A stretch of 64,000 nt of DNA from Candidatus Gastranaerophilales bacterium (GCA_028689995.1 JAQVCB010000003.1:1291-65290); one strand, 5' to 3'; positions 20,252-31,832 are shown, counted from the stretch's first letter. The notes: generated by a model not told the origin, from the sequence alone. Made by a program: numbers and translations.

Positions 20252-21394
20252 ATGAATATTAAAACGCTTTTTAAAGGGATTCAGGTTCACGATATTTACG
20301 ATAATTATCCTGATGCTGTGATTATTATCAATTCCCAGAAAAATATTGTTTTCTGGAATAAGCGTGCACAAAATATTTTTGGGTTTTCAAAAAGAGATAT
20401 TATCGGTAAAAACATCGGGATTATTTTTACGGATGATATTGGAAAGATTCATCAGAATCTTACTGCGGCAAAAAGCTCTATTCTAACAGCCATAACAAAA
20501 ACTGATAAGGAAATCTTTATTGAAATATGCTGTTCAGAAGCTAATGAAAATGAAGAAGTAATTATTGCAGTCAGAGATGTAACCAGAAATCAAAAAATTA
20601 TTGAAAAGCTTTTATTGGAATATGATAAGGTTCTTACTATCAGTAAAAACAAAAGTAACCTTATTGCAAGCCTATCTCACGAGCTCAGATCTCCTATTCA
20701 TTTTATAATTGGTTTCGGTCAAGTTCTTTTGGACGGGCTTGGCGGTAAACTAACCGAAAAACAGGAAAAATATGTCTCATTAATAAGCAAAAATGCTAAT
20801 AACTTACTGGCTTTTCTGAATAATATTCTGGATTTATCTAAAATAGAAGCCGGAAAAATGGAAGTAAATATTAAATTATTTGATGTCGCGCAGTTAATTA
20901 ATTCCGTTACTGAATCATTAAATCCCGTTATGGAAGATAAGAAACTTAATTTTACTGTTGATCTGACTGATCTGGTCAAAAAAAATATTCATTCAGACGA
21001 GAATTTACTCAGGCAGATTTTAATTAATGTTCTTGCAAATGCTGTAAAATTTACTGAAATGGGATCTATTAACCTAAAAGTAATACATCCTGATCAGGAT
21101 CTTGTAAGTAGTTATAATTTAAAAATTCATCCTGAATATACAGATAAGTCATTCCTCATGTTTTCAGTTACTGATACAGGAATAGGAATTCCTGAAGATG
21201 GTCTTGAAACAATTTTTGATGAATACAGGCAGGTAGACCGTACAATATCTAAAAAATATGGCGGAACAGGACTTGGTCTTGCCATAACCAGAAAAATACT
21301 GGAAGAACTTGGCGGTGTAATCTGGGTTGAAAGTGAACTTAAGCAGGGTTCAACATTCAGCTTTATCATTCCGATTGATAAATTGGAACAGTAG
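20252..21394 (+). CDS. Cytoplasmic PAS-domain sensor histidine kinase
   Basis: 380 aa. H-box SLSHELRSPI, N-box NAVKFT, and G-boxes DTGIGI and GGTGLGLAI. Confidence 0.85.
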   Translation: MNIKTLFKGIQVHDIYDNYPDAVIIINSQKNIVFWNKRAQNIFGFSKRDIIGKNIGIIFTDDIGKIHQNLTAAKSSILTAITKTDKEIFIEICCSEANENEEVIIAVRDVTRNQKIIEKLLLEYDKVLTISKNKSNLIASLSHELRSPIHFIIGFGQVLLDGLGGKLTEKQEKYVSLISKNANNLLAFLNNILDLSKIEAGKMEVNIKLFDVAQLINSVTESLNPVMEDKKLNFTVDLTDLVKKNIHSDENLLRQILINVLANAVKFTEMGSINLKVIHPDQDLVSSYNLKIHPEYTDKSFLMFSVTDTGIGIPEDGLETIFDEYRQVDRTISKKYGGTGLGLAITRKILEELGGVIWVESELKQGSTFSFIIPIDKLEQ

Positions 21395-21399
21395 AATTC

Positions 21400-21684
21400 A
21401 TGAAAAAATTGAAAGCTTTATTTTATAAACATCACAGAATATTCGGAATAATACTGTTTATACCGTTATTTTTAACCGCAATTACCGGTGTACTTGCAAT
21501 TATATTTGATGAAGTTTTCGATAATAGAGCCCTTGCGAAACTTATGATTGAAATTCATACAATGGAAATTCTTGGAATCGAAGATATATATTGCATTATA
21601 GTAGGTATTGGAATGATATGGCTTTTGGTGACAGGTCTTGTATTAAGCGGAATATTCCCTTTTAAGCCAAAGAAAACAAATTAA
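21400..21684 (+). CDS. Small membrane protein (PepSY-TM-like helix pattern)
   Basis: 94 aa with two or three hydrophobic helices. The gene starts 5 nt after the kinase gene ends. Confidence 0.5.
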   Translation: MKKLKALFYKHHRIFGIILFIPLFLTAITGVLAIIFDEVFDNRALAKLMIEIHTMEILGIEDIYCIIVGIGMIWLLVTGLVLSGIFPFKPKKTN

Positions 21685-21814
21685 GCCAATTTTAATATAT
21701 CTTTGTAAATCTGCTTGAATAGCCAGTCGGCTATTTGTTTTGATGCCTGATTACTGTATTCTGACAAAATGTATACAATGAAATACTGATATAAAAGGTT
21801 ATTACTTTTGTCAG

Positions 21815-23125
21815 ATGTTTGAATTTTGGACGAGCATATTATTAAGGCTTTTTGTAATTGGCTTGCTGGTTTTTGCCAATGCATTCTTTGTTGTGTCTGA
21901 ATTTGCTCTTGTAAGTGTAAGAAAAACAAGAATTCAACAGCTATCGAAGGAAGGAAATGAAACTGCTCAGTTAGTTTCAACTGAACTTACAAATATTCCA
22001 AAATTTATTGCTGCAGTTCAGCTGGGAGTTACTATTTCAAGTCTTGGACTTGGTTGGGTCGGTGAATCAACCCTTGCAAGTTTGTTTTATCCTTTATTTA
22101 AATTTTTGCCTGAAACAGGTCAGTTGATTACGACTCATACAATTGCTGCAGGTATTGCGTTTATTCTTATTACAATATTGCATGTTGAGTTTGGAGAGCT
22201 GGTACCAAAATCTATAGCTCTTCAGTATCCAGAAAACTCTTCTTTGATAGTTGCAAAGCCTATGAAGTTTATCCTGAAAATATTTTCTCCGTTTATAATT
22301 TTTTTGAACGGACTGGGGACTGTTATACTTGGATTGTTAAAAATACAACCCGCAAAGGGAATACATCTTGTGCATTCTATAGAAGAGCTGGATATGCTTG
22401 TTAGTGCAAGTTATCAGGAAGGCATATTGAATGAAACTGAAAGAGAAATGCTTCATAATGTGTTTAAATTTTCTGATTTAATTACAAGGCAGATTATGAT
22501 ACCGAGACCTGATATGCTATGTATTCCAGTGGATATTTCTCTTGAAGATCTTATAGCTTTCGTTCAGGAACATCAGTTTACCAGATATCCGGTTTTTGAA
22601 AATGATCAGGATCATATTATTGGAATTGTGCATATAAAGGATGTTATTCCGTTTATCGAAACTAAAGATGCCTTTATACTCGCTGATATTATTAGAAAAG
22701 TTATGATTGTGCCCGAAACTTTGACAATTGATAAGCTGTTAATTGAATTTAAAAGGTATCGTAATCAAATGGCTATAGTAATAGATGAGTTTGGCGGTAC
22801 ATCAGGTCTTGTAACGCTTGAAGATGTACTGGAAGAAATATTCGGAGATGTTCAGGATGAATTTGATGTTGAAGAAGCTGATGTTAAGGTTATTTCTGAT
22901 AACGAATTTCTTATTAATGCAATGCTCAGAATTGATGAGGTTAATGAGCTTTTTAATCTGGATGTTAAGGAAGAAGAAATAGAGACAATAGGCGGACTTG
23001 TACTCAAAGAACTAGGAAGAATCGCTCAGATTAACGATTCTATTGATATAGACAAATATAATTTTACGGTTGACAGTGTTGAGGGGCTAAGAATTACAAA
23101 ACTAAGAGTGATTAAAAAGCCATAG
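21815..23125 (+). CDS. CNNM/HlyC-CorC family membrane protein (DUF21-CBS pair-CorC_HlyC)
   Basis: 436 aa. The TM N-terminus has EFALVSVRK, followed by a CBS pair region and C-terminal GGLVLKELGRI. Confidence 0.85.
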   Translation: MFEFWTSILLRLFVIGLLVFANAFFVVSEFALVSVRKTRIQQLSKEGNETAQLVSTELTNIPKFIAAVQLGVTISSLGLGWVGESTLASLFYPLFKFLPETGQLITTHTIAAGIAFILITILHVEFGELVPKSIALQYPENSSLIVAKPMKFILKIFSPFIIFLNGLGTVILGLLKIQPAKGIHLVHSIEELDMLVSASYQEGILNETEREMLHNVFKFSDLITRQIMIPRPDMLCIPVDISLEDLIAFVQEHQFTRYPVFENDQDHIIGIVHIKDVIPFIETKDAFILADIIRKVMIVPETLTIDKLLIEFKRYRNQMAIVIDEFGGTSGLVTLEDVLEEIFGDVQDEFDVEEADVKVISDNEFLINAMLRIDEVNELFNLDVKEEEIETIGGLVLKELGRIAQINDSIDIDKYNFTVDSVEGLRITKLRVIKKP

Positions 23126-23151
23126 GATGTGCATAATTGGTAATTTCACAA

Positions 23152-23601
23152 TTAACAGATATTTACTGTTTCTGGTAGATTTTCTTTAATATGATTTTCA
23201 AGAATTTCTGCAGTATCTGAAACAATAGATAAACAATGATGACGTCTTTCTGAAGAATGAAAGTCAAATCCTTTTGTCAAAACCCTGCAACAGGTTGCGT
23301 TTTTTTTATCTTTGAATTTTTGGATAAACTGACCGGATAAAGCTTTAATTGATTTAGGGGGGGTATCTGTATTATTACGTCCAAATGTACATCCAAGAAC
23401 TATTTGAGCGCCTGCAACTGCTCCGCAAAGACATCCGCTTTCGCCCATTCCTCCTGAAAATGCCGAAGCAATTCTGGTTAAATTTTCAATATCAGATTTA
23501 TTATCAATAATATTCAACTCAAGAGCAGCTCTGACAATTGATTCTGAGCATGAATAACCCTGATTAAATAATTCAGTTGCTTTTTGGGATAAATCAGACA
23601 T
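23152..23601 (-). CDS. C_GCAxxG_C_C family protein
   Basis: 149 aa with GYSCSES, GCLCGAVAGA (the GCAxxG-type motif) and CC in CCRV. Confidence 0.8.
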   Translation of the reverse strand: MSDLSQKATELFNQGYSCSESIVRAALELNIIDNKSDIENLTRIASAFSGGMGESGCLCGAVAGAQIVLGCTFGRNNTDTPPKSIKALSGQFIQKFKDKKNATCCRVLTKGFDFHSSERRHHCLSIVSDTAEILENHIKENLPETVNIC

Positions 23602-23624
23602 AATTATCTCCTTTATATATTTAT

Positions 23625-24926
23625 TTATGGTTTAATTCTGTCCATAAGTCTTGGGAATGGAATTGTTTCTCTGACGTGGTGAAGGCCGCAAACCCAGCTT
23701 ACGGTTCTTTCAATGCCAAGTCCGAATCCTGCATGCGGTACGCTGCCGTAGCGTCTTAGGTCAAGATACCAGTCAAAAGCTTCTTCCGGTAAATTATGTT
23801 CTTTTATTTTATTTAAAAGAGTATCGAGATTATCTTCACGCTGGCCGCCGCCTATAACTTCACCATAACCTTCAGGAGCAATCATATCAACGCAAAGCGC
23901 AAGTTTCGTATTTTCAGGATCCTGCTTCATATAAAAAGCCTTGCATACTGTCGGATATCTGTGAATAAAGACAGGACGGTCAAACTGTTCAGAGATAACT
24001 GTTTCTTCATCTGCGCCAAAGTCTTCACCCCATGGTACTTCTTTGCCGTTTTTCCTTAAAATTTCAATGGCTTCATCGTAGCTGATTCTTGGGAATGGCT
24101 TTTTAATATTTTCCAGCTTGGAAATATCTCTTTCAAGAAGTTCACGTTCGGCTCTTCTGTTTTTAACGACCTGCCCAACTACATATTCAACAAAGTCTTC
24201 GGCAAGATTCATATCGCTATCAAGATCCATATAAGCCACTTCAGGCTCTACCATCCAGAATTCAGTCAGATGTCTTCTTGTTTTTGACTTTTCAGCTCTA
24301 AATGTTGGGCCGAAGCAGTATACTTTGCCGAATGCCATTGCGGCTGCTTCCATATAAAGCTGTCCGCTCTGGGTTAAATATGCTTTTTCGTCGAAATATT
24401 TTGTTTCAAACAGATTTGTAGTACCTTCGCAGGCTGCCGGGGTAAAAATAGGTGCATCTACAAGCATAAAATCATTATTATCAAAATAATCTCTTACAGC
24501 TTTGATGATTTCATGCCGGATTTTAATAATGGCATGCTGTCTTGGAGATCTTAGCCAGAGATGCCTGTTTTCCATAAGGAATGCAACGCCATGTTCTTTC
24601 GGGGTAATAGGATATTCATGACTTTCAGAAACAATTTTCAGGTCTTTTACACCAAGCTCAAAGCCTAAAGGTGATCTTTTGTCTTCTTTTACAGTTCCAT
24701 AAACAATCAAGGATGTTTCCTGCGATATTTTATCGGCTCTCTCAAAAACTTCAGGATCTACATCACCTTTAAACACAACAGCCTGAATGATTCCAGAGCC
24801 GTCTCTTACTTGAAGAAAATGCAGTTTTCCGCTTGATCTTTTGCCGTAAAGCCAGCCTTTTATGCATACATCCTGACTTTCATATTTCCCGATTTCTGAG
24901 ATATAGCTGTGTTTATATTCTGACAT
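23625..24926 (-). CDS. asnS: Asparagine--tRNA ligase
   Basis: 433 aa class IIb aaRS with [21 protein letters not shown] and [10 protein letters not shown]. Confidence 0.92.
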   Translation of the reverse strand: MSEYKHSYISEIGKYESQDVCIKGWLYGKRSSGKLHFLQVRDGSGIIQAVVFKGDVDPEVFERADKISQETSLIVYGTVKEDKRSPLGFELGVKDLKIVSESHEYPITPKEHGVAFLMENRHLWLRSPRQHAIIKIRHEIIKAVRDYFDNNDFMLVDAPIFTPAACEGTTNLFETKYFDEKAYLTQSGQLYMEAAAMAFGKVYCFGPTFRAEKSKTRRHLTEFWMVEPEVAYMDLDSDMNLAEDFVEYVVGQVVKNRRAERELLERDISKLENIKKPFPRISYDEAIEILRKNGKEVPWGEDFGADEETVISEQFDRPVFIHRYPTVCKAFYMKQDPENTKLALCVDMIAPEGYGEVIGGGQREDNLDTLLNKIKEHNLPEEAFDWYLDLRRYGSVPHAGFGLGIERTVSWVCGLHHVRETIPFPRLMDRIKP

Positions 24927-24947
24927 TTAATATCCCCCTCTGTTTAA

Positions 24948-26021
24948 TTAAATATTTAAGACTTTTACGATTTCTTTCATTGAAGATGAGGTCTTTTTAA
25001 TTTCACAATTTGAATATTTTATTGCTGAATCAGGGTCTTTTAGTCCATTTCCCGTGAGAACGCAGACTATTGTAGAACCTTCCTTAAACAAACCGGCTTT
25101 TGCGGATTTAATTAGGCCAGCAATTGATGCAGCACTTCCCGGTTCTGCGAATACACCTTCGCATCTTCCCAAAAGTCTGTATGCTTCTATTATTTCTTCA
25201 TCAGTAACGCTCTCTATAATACCGCCTGATTCGTCTCTTGCTTTAACCGCAAAATCCCAGCTGGCTGGATTACCTATTCTTATTGCTGTTGCAATAGTTT
25301 CAGGTTTTAAAACTTTTTCTCCTTTTACAATCGGAGCTGATCCTTCTGCCTGGAAGCCGTACATTTTTGGTACGTTTGGAATGATTTTCTTTTTATAAAA
25401 TTCTGTAAACCCTTTCCAATAAGCAGTTATATTGCCTGCATTTCCGACAGGTATACATAAATAATCGGGTGCCTGGCCTAAAACGTCGCATACTTCAAAA
25501 GCGGCTGTTTTTTGGCCTTCTATTCTGTATGGATTAACTGAATTTACAAGTGTAATAGGGTAATTTGCCGCAATCTCCCTTACCAGTTCAAGTGCTTCAT
25601 CAAAATTGCCTTTAATTGCAACTACGTCTGCACCATAAAGCATTGCCTGTGACAGTTTGCCCAATGCAATATATCCGTCTGGAATCAGTACAAAAGCTTT
25701 TATTCCTGCTTTTGCTGCATAAGCTGCTGCTGATGCGCTTGTATTTCCTGTGCTTGCGCAAATTATTGCTCTGCTATCTTCTTCAACTGCTTTTGAGACA
25801 GCCATTGTCATTCCCCTGTCTTTGAAGCTTCCTGTCGGGTTCGCTCCTTCAAATTTAAGGAATATATTTGCTTTTAAGCCTATATTTTTTGCCAGATTTT
25901 CTGCTTTGATTAATGGCGTATTGCCTTCATTTATTGTTATTATCGGAGTTTTATCTGAAACAGGCAGATAATTGAAATATCTTTCAATTAAGCCTCTATA
26001 CGGTCTGCATCTTGAATCCAT
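24948..26021 (-). CDS. thrC: Threonine synthase
   Basis: 357 aa with [16 protein letters not shown] (PLP lysine) and GNAGN. Confidence 0.92.
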   Translation of the reverse strand: MDSRCRPYRGLIERYFNYLPVSDKTPIITINEGNTPLIKAENLAKNIGLKANIFLKFEGANPTGSFKDRGMTMAVSKAVEEDSRAIICASTGNTSASAAAYAAKAGIKAFVLIPDGYIALGKLSQAMLYGADVVAIKGNFDEALELVREIAANYPITLVNSVNPYRIEGQKTAAFEVCDVLGQAPDYLCIPVGNAGNITAYWKGFTEFYKKKIIPNVPKMYGFQAEGSAPIVKGEKVLKPETIATAIRIGNPASWDFAVKARDESGGIIESVTDEEIIEAYRLLGRCEGVFAEPGSAASIAGLIKSAKAGLFKEGSTIVCVLTGNGLKDPDSAIKYSNCEIKKTSSSMKEIVKVLNI

Positions 26022-26044
26022 TTTCTAACCTTCTTATATTCTGC

Positions 26045-27319
26045 TTAATCCATAACTCTTATGACGTTTTCAACTCTTTTCATTGTGCGTTTCTGGTACA
26101 TTTCTTTCAGAGCTTCCTGAATGTCTTTTTCATATGCCAGTGCAGTTAATAGAACTATTCTTGCTGTACCGTCAGGCAGAAGCCCCTTTTGTATTATACT
26201 ACAAAGATTTATTCCTTTTCTCCCGCAGGTTAATCCAAGATCGCCGATTACCCCCGGAAGGTTGTCCGTATTTACCCTGATGTAATATCTGCTCCTTGAG
26301 TCGTCAATTTTAAGCTGAACTGCATTTGTACTGTGATTGTTTCGCATCATCGGTAATGGGTATTCGTTAATTCCAAGTTCACTTGCAATAGAAAGAACAT
26401 CTCCCGTAACCGAGCTTGCTGTAGGCATTTCACCTGCACCTGGACCTGAGAACATTACCTGTCCAACTGCATCACCTTCAACTACTATAGCGTTCATTAC
26501 ATCGTTTATATGAGCAAGCGGATGTTTTTTGGAAATAAGCATCGGATGAACCCTGATATCCAGAGCTTTATCTTTTGTTTCCTGTGCAAGAGCTATTAAT
26601 TTTATGTTATAGCCAAATTCAGACGCATATGAAATATCTATCGGGCTGATATAGTCTATGCCTTCTCTGTAAATTTTGTCTACGTCCACTTTTTTATTAA
26701 ATGCAAGAGAAGCGAGTATAGAGATTTTGTTGGCAGCATCGTGTCCCTGAACGTCTCCGCTTGGATCAGATTCTGCATATCCAAGTTCCTGAGCTTCTTT
26801 TAAAACTGCATTAAATTCACTGCCTTCTGATTCCATTTTGGTCAGGATATAATTTGTTGTACCATTCATAATGCCGGCTATTTTTGTAATGGAATTTCCT
26901 GAAAGTGACTGTCTTAATGGCATTAATATCGGTATACCGCCTGCAACTGCGGCTTCATACATAATCACTACATTATTTTCTTTGGCAAGACTGAATAAAT
27001 CTTCTCCATGCTTTGCAATTAAGTCTTTATTTGCAGTAACAATGTGTTTTCCGTTTTGAAGAGCTTTTTTAATTAATTCAAATGCGGGGTGTAATCCGCC
27101 CATAACTTCTACAATGATATCTATATCGGGGTCATTAACAAGCATTTCTGCATCTGTTGTTAAGATGTTGTTGTCCAGTCCTTCTATATTTCTTTTTTTA
27201 TTGGTATCTCTGACTGCGATATTCTTAATAATAATATTATCAAATTTATTTAGAACCTTTAGTGTACCGCTCCCAACTGTCCCCAGTCCAAGTAGTCCAA
27301 TTACTGTCTTTTTACTCAT
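26045..27319 (-). CDS. hom: Homoserine dehydrogenase
   Basis: 424 aa with GLLGLGTVGSG, NGTTNYIL and a C-terminal ACT-like domain. Confidence 0.9.
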   Translation of the reverse strand: MSKKTVIGLLGLGTVGSGTLKVLNKFDNIIIKNIAVRDTNKKRNIEGLDNNILTTDAEMLVNDPDIDIIVEVMGGLHPAFELIKKALQNGKHIVTANKDLIAKHGEDLFSLAKENNVVIMYEAAVAGGIPILMPLRQSLSGNSITKIAGIMNGTTNYILTKMESEGSEFNAVLKEAQELGYAESDPSGDVQGHDAANKISILASLAFNKKVDVDKIYREGIDYISPIDISYASEFGYNIKLIALAQETKDKALDIRVHPMLISKKHPLAHINDVMNAIVVEGDAVGQVMFSGPGAGEMPTASSVTGDVLSIASELGINEYPLPMMRNNHSTNAVQLKIDDSRSRYYIRVNTDNLPGVIGDLGLTCGRKGINLCSIIQKGLLPDGTARIVLLTALAYEKDIQEALKEMYQKRTMKRVENVIRVMD

Positions 27320-27412
27320 GAATCACTCCTGAATTAATAAAAAGTATGGTTAACCTAATTGTATTATAAAAAAATTATACAGGTTATTATTAAATCTTAA
27401 AAATATAAAGAT

Positions 27413-27616
27413 GAGACCGCTGCATAACTATAATTTGTGTTAAAAAGTTAAAATTTGCGGTCGATCCTTGTAAAAGCGAAAGCCGAGTAGAGCAAGCGAA
27501 GCGGGAGCGTTAAAAGTGAAACGATGAGTTTTACTTTTAAAAACTCATTCAGGGCTTTGCCCGGTCGTAGCGGCTGTAGGCTGGATATAAAAAAACGATA
27601 TTTTGATAGTTATGCA
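27413..27616 (+). repeat. 204-bp MITE-like element with terminal inverted repeats (tgcataacta...tagttatgca)
   Basis: Near-identical to the reverse complement of 38217-38420. The termini are gagaccgctgcataactata... and ...gatagttatgca. It contains an internal hairpin, atgagtttt-N8-aaaactcat. Confidence 0.8.
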
Positions 27617-27744
27617 TAAGTCTTATGATATTTTATAAACTTCATATATTCGAACTATTGGATAAAATCTCCGAAAAGCTTACAATATGTATGGCTTTTA
27701 GTAGGGTTTTTGCATTTATCAAAGAATAAACTGCGGAGGCGAGA

Positions 27745-28851
27745 GTGCAGAGTTTTAAGAATAAAGAATACTATCAGATACTTGGAATCAAACCTTCTGC
27801 TGCTCAAAAGGAAGTAAAAGTTGCATACAGGGCTCTTGCCAGAAAATATCACCCTGACGTAAACAAGGGTAATAAGCTATCTGAAGAAAAATTTAAGGAA
27901 ATAGGCGAGGCTTATTTTGTTTTAAGTGATGAAAAAAAGCGAAAACAGTATGATCTGTTAAAAGGTTATAATCAAGTAAAAAATGAAGAAAATGCCAGCC
28001 AACAGACTAAAAAACGAGCAAGCGATGCTTATACCGAAAAAAGTGAAGAAAAGTCAACTACTGAAAAGACTTCTAAACCTAATAAAGAACCTCAGCATGA
28101 TAAATCATTCAATGATGTTTTTAATGAATTTTTAGACAATGTATTTAATAAAAATAACTTTACAGAACCTCCTTCAAGTCAGCCCAAACCAAAACAAACC
28201 GGCGCATCTAAAAAACGCGGCGATGATATTATGGCAGATATAAGTATTTCAATTGCTGAAGCTCATAACGGTACCACAAGAAAAGTTAATATACTTCATA
28301 CTGATCCTTGCGGACAATGTAAAGGTACAAAACTTACCAATGGATCTACTTGTATTATCTGTAACGGCAAGGGAGAAGTAACTAATCATAAGAAAATTAA
28401 CGTCAAAATCCCTACAAATGTCAAAGAAGGGTCTAAGATCAGAATTCCTTATGAGGGAAATAAAGGGCAAAATGGCGGTCAGAACGGTGATCTCTATCTT
28501 TTAATACATATTCAGAAACATTCTATGTTTACTTTTGAGAACCTGAATGTGTTATGTGAAATACCTGTTACTCCCAGTGAAGCTGCGCTTGGCGCAGAAA
28601 TTGATGTGCCGACTATTGACGGGCATGTTAACATGAGAATACCTTCTGAAACCCAGTCTGGTCAGAAATTTAGATTAGCGGGCGAAGGAATTGCAGATTC
28701 GCAATCAGGCAAAAGAGGGGATCAGCTTGTTACAATCATGATAGGAATTCCTGACAATTTGTCTGAAAAAGAAAAACAGCTTTATCAGGAACTTGCAAGG
28801 ATAAGAAAATTTAATCCGAGAGAAAATATTGTTTATGAATACGATAAATAA
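27745..28851 (+). CDS. J-domain co-chaperone (DnaJ-like, atypical)
   Basis: GTG start 6 nt after GGAGG. It has a J domain (YYQILG...HPD) and a K/E/S/T-rich linker in place of a G/F region. Only two CxxCxGxG-type motifs are present ([16 protein letters not shown]). The C-terminal domain is DnaJ-like. Confidence 0.8.
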   Translation: MQSFKNKEYYQILGIKPSAAQKEVKVAYRALARKYHPDVNKGNKLSEEKFKEIGEAYFVLSDEKKRKQYDLLKGYNQVKNEENASQQTKKRASDAYTEKSEEKSTTEKTSKPNKEPQHDKSFNDVFNEFLDNVFNKNNFTEPPSSQPKPKQTGASKKRGDDIMADISISIAEAHNGTTRKVNILHTDPCGQCKGTKLTNGSTCIICNGKGEVTNHKKINVKIPTNVKEGSKIRIPYEGNKGQNGGQNGDLYLLIHIQKHSMFTFENLNVLCEIPVTPSEAALGAEIDVPTIDGHVNMRIPSETQSGQKFRLAGEGIADSQSGKRGDQLVTIMIGIPDNLSEKEKQLYQELARIRKFNPRENIVYEYDK

Positions 28852-29623
28852 TCACGATTTTTCTAATTTACATAGTCATGATGCAAATATAATAGAAATA
28901 TTTTCTTCTATACAGGGAGAAGGTCCTTATATCGGATACAGACAGCTTTTTGTAAGGTTCGCTTTATGTAATTTAAACTGTTTTTATTGCGATACAAAAT
29001 TTGAACCCCAAAAATTCTGTAAAATCGAAGAATGTCCGGGATCAGGCAATTTTGTTGAGCAAGAAAATCCTATTACGAGTGATCAGCTTATATATAAAAT
29101 AAATGAATTTTCTTATTTTAACCATCATAGTCTAAGTCTTACAGGTGGAGAACCGTTGCTTTATTGTGATTTTCTTGATTATTTTTTGTCTGAGTTTCAA
29201 AAGAAGAAGAAAAATAAGAGTTTGAAGATTTATCTTGAGACAAACGGAACGCTGCCCGATGAATTGAAGAAAATTATCAGGTATCTCGATATTATTTCGA
29301 TGGATATAAAAATTGAGTCTTCCTGTAGAAAACCGACTCCATGGAGGGAGCATGGTCAGTTTATTAATACTGCTCTTAATCATAATAAGGAATTGTTTGC
29401 AAAAGTTGTTGTAACTGATAAAATAACCTCGAATGAAATCGATGATATAGCGGAATTTTTAAAGAACAGGGAAGTGTCGGTTATACTTCAGCCTGTTACG
29501 TCTGAGAATAAAGATATAGTTCCAAATGCATCAAAATTATTAAGCACTCAGGAAACCCTGCTTAAAAAGCTCAACGATGTAAGAATAATTCCGCAGGTTC
29601 ACAAATATTTGGATTTACAGTAA
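28829..29623 (+). CDS. queE: 7-carboxy-7-deazaguanine synthase-like radical-SAM enzyme
   Basis: Has [36 protein letters not shown] (QueE signature with Cx3Cx2C). The 5' end overlaps the end of the J-protein gene. Confidence 0.82.
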   Translation: MFMNTINNHDFSNLHSHDANIIEIFSSIQGEGPYIGYRQLFVRFALCNLNCFYCDTKFEPQKFCKIEECPGSGNFVEQENPITSDQLIYKINEFSYFNHHSLSLTGGEPLLYCDFLDYFLSEFQKKKKNKSLKIYLETNGTLPDELKKIIRYLDIISMDIKIESSCRKPTPWREHGQFINTALNHNKELFAKVVVTDKITSNEIDDIAEFLKNREVSVILQPVTSENKDIVPNASKLLSTQETLLKKLNDVRIIPQVHKYLDLQ

Positions 29624-29687
29624 TATTACAGCAGAACTTGTTATTGATGGGCATACTTGCCCATCCTACTAATCACAGGAATAAAAT

Positions 29688-29891
29688 ATGATAAAAATAA
29701 CTCTGAACGGTGAAGAAAAGGAAATTACGCCGAACTCTTCAGTGAAAGATCTTGTTGAAACAATTGAGCTCAAGAGTAAGATGTTTGTTGTTGAAAAAAA
29801 TCTTAAAATAGTGGCAAAAGAAGATTATGAAAGCTGTATTATTCAAGATGGCGACGCTGTTGAGATAGTCGGTTTTTTTGGAGGCGGTTAA
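29688..29891 (+). CDS. thiS: ThiS/MoaD-type sulfur-carrier (ubiquitin-like) protein
   Basis: 67 aa, ITLNGEEKE...DAVEIVGFFGGG, with a C-terminal Gly-Gly. Confidence 0.7.
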   Translation: MIKITLNGEEKEITPNSSVKDLVETIELKSKMFVVEKNLKIVAKEDYESCIIQDGDAVEIVGFFGGG

Positions 29892-29892
29892 A

Positions 29893-31437
29893 TTGAAAAC
29901 AGATATATTAAAAACAGTATATATAGATGGTGAAAACCTTACTTTAGAAGATGTTGAACTTGTTGCAAGGGACAGAGTAAAAGTAGAATTAAGCAAGGAT
30001 GCTTTTGGCAAAATAAATGCCGCCAGAAAATTTGTTGAAGAAGTAATAAATGAAGGAACCCATGTATACGGTATAAATACAGGTTTTGGGGCATTAAGTA
30101 ACGTAATTATTCCTGATAACCAGATTGAAAATCTTCAGCTGAATTTAATAAGAAGCCATGCCTGCGGTGTTGGAGTTCCTCATTCCGAAGAGGTAACGAG
30201 GGCAATTATTCTGTTAAGAGCAAATACTCTGGCAAAAGGCTTTTCTGGGATCAGGCTGGAAACTGTAAATACCATGCTTGAGCTTCTCAATAAACAGGTG
30301 CATCCTGTAATACCAAGTCAGGGGTCTGTTGGGGCAAGCGGTGATCTTGTGCCATTAGCTCATCTAGCACTTGTACTCGTGGGAGAAGGTAAGGCAATTT
30401 ATAAAGGCCAGACAATGTCAGGGCTTGAAGCCCTTAATAAAGCAGGAATTAAGCCGATTGTTTTAGGTGCAAAAGAAGGTCTTGCTCTTACTAATGGCAC
30501 TCAATCCATGTGTGGCATGGCAACATTAAGATTGCTTGAAGCAGAAAGGCTTGTTAAGATTTCTGATATCGCTGGAGCAATGACACTCGAGGCAATAAGA
30601 GGAACTTCTAAGGCATTTGATCCTAAAATTCAAAATTTGAGAAGACATCCCGGACAGATTGCTACCGCAAAAAATTTGTTAAAACTGCTTGCTGACAGTG
30701 AAATTATGTTATCTCACAATGACTGCGGTAAAATTCAGGATCCGTATTCTGTAAGATGCATGCCGCAGGTTCATGGAGCTACAAGGGATGCATTAAACTA
30801 TGTGAGAAAAGTTCTTGAAATTGAAGTCAATTCAGCTACCGATAATCCTCTGATCTTTGCAGAAGAAAGAGAAACGATTTCAGGCGGGAATTTTCATGGT
30901 CAGCCGCTCGCTTTTGCAATGGACTTTCTTGGAATAGCTGTAGCAGAACTTGCTAGTATTTCAGAAAGACGTATAGATAAACTCATTGCACCTGCATTCA
31001 GCGATCTTCCACCATTCTTGACGAATGACAGCGGTATAAATTCAGGTCTTATGATAGTTCAATACACAGCTGCATCGCTAGTTAGCGAAAATAAAATTCT
31101 TGCTCATCCTGCAAGTGTTGATTCCATTCCAACTTCACTCGACAAGGAAGATCATGTCAGCATGGGAGCTACGGCTGCTTTAAAAGCTGAAAACATTATT
31201 AAAAATACCAGAAACGTTCTTGCTATCGAACTATTAACAGCATATCAGGGTATAAACTTCCTGAAAACGCTTTCGCCCGGAATTGGTGTAAAAATTGCAC
31301 ATGAAACAATCGGCAGGACAATTCCTGAAATATCGCAGGACAGAGTTTTTTCTGATGATATTTATAAGATAGCAGAGATGATAAATTCCAACGAGATTCT
31401 TGATAGAGTTCAGGAAGTAATCGGAGAGCTTGAGTAA
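29893..31437 (+). CDS. hutH: Histidine ammonia-lyase (MIO enzyme)
   Basis: Has GSVGASGDL (Ala-Ser-Gly MIO precursor) and NLIRSHACG (the Ser-His selectivity pair typical of HAL). The TTG at 29893 lies 9 nt after GGAGG. The track start at 29878 is an alternative. Confidence 0.9.
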   Translation: MKTDILKTVYIDGENLTLEDVELVARDRVKVELSKDAFGKINAARKFVEEVINEGTHVYGINTGFGALSNVIIPDNQIENLQLNLIRSHACGVGVPHSEEVTRAIILLRANTLAKGFSGIRLETVNTMLELLNKQVHPVIPSQGSVGASGDLVPLAHLALVLVGEGKAIYKGQTMSGLEALNKAGIKPIVLGAKEGLALTNGTQSMCGMATLRLLEAERLVKISDIAGAMTLEAIRGTSKAFDPKIQNLRRHPGQIATAKNLLKLLADSEIMLSHNDCGKIQDPYSVRCMPQVHGATRDALNYVRKVLEIEVNSATDNPLIFAEERETISGGNFHGQPLAFAMDFLGIAVAELASISERRIDKLIAPAFSDLPPFLTNDSGINSGLMIVQYTAASLVSENKILAHPASVDSIPTSLDKEDHVSMGATAALKAENIIKNTRNVLAIELLTAYQGINFLKTLSPGIGVKIAHETIGRTIPEISQDRVFSDDIYKIAEMINSNEILDRVQEVIGELE

Positions 31438-31545
31438 ACTCATCATACATGCTCTGTCATTCTGAGGGCTTTAGCCCGAAGAATCTACTTGCATTATAAT
31501 ACAATTAATAGTGTCATGCTGAACTTGTTTCAGCATCTCTACATA

Positions 31546-31800
31546 TTGTACTTGTTATTTATAATGGGCTTACCACCCAAACCCTGTCTTCATTTTCTTT
31601 GTCCACACAAAGAAAACGAAACAAAAGAAAAGTGCCCCAGAAAATAATTTCTATTTTTCTAAGTTCACTAAATTGCAGTAAAAGACAAAATGTGTCGGCT
31701 GCGGAATCTCACCTGCTTTAGCAGGTTCGGTCAGTCCTCGCCCTCCTAAAGACACGTTCACCAAGAAAAATTACGAAATTCTTTTAAGGGGGGGGTAACG
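31546..31800 (+). repeat. Extra tandem (direct) copy of the core of the long repeat that flanks the radical-SAM gene
   Basis: Aligns with 31879-32135 over about 255 bp (attgtactt.ttatttataatgggcttaccaccc...ggctgcggaatctcacctgctttagcaggttcggtcagtcctcgccctcctaaagacacgttcac). It ends in a G8 run at 31788-31795. Confidence 0.85.
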
Positions 31801-31832
31801 GTGCACCGTGTATTCTAAGTGATTACAAGTGC

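Noticed and set aside
21681-21980. 99-aa minus-strand ORF between the small membrane-protein gene and the CNNM gene
   Set aside because: It overlaps the well-supported start of the CNNM/CorC gene (21815), and has no RBS and no recognisable motif.
31788-31795. G8 homopolymer as a phase-variation switch
   Set aside because: It lies in the non-coding repeat, not in a coding region or an obvious promoter spacer. The equivalent positions in the other copies are short G runs (ggggg, gggg). It is noted only as a possible slippage-prone site.
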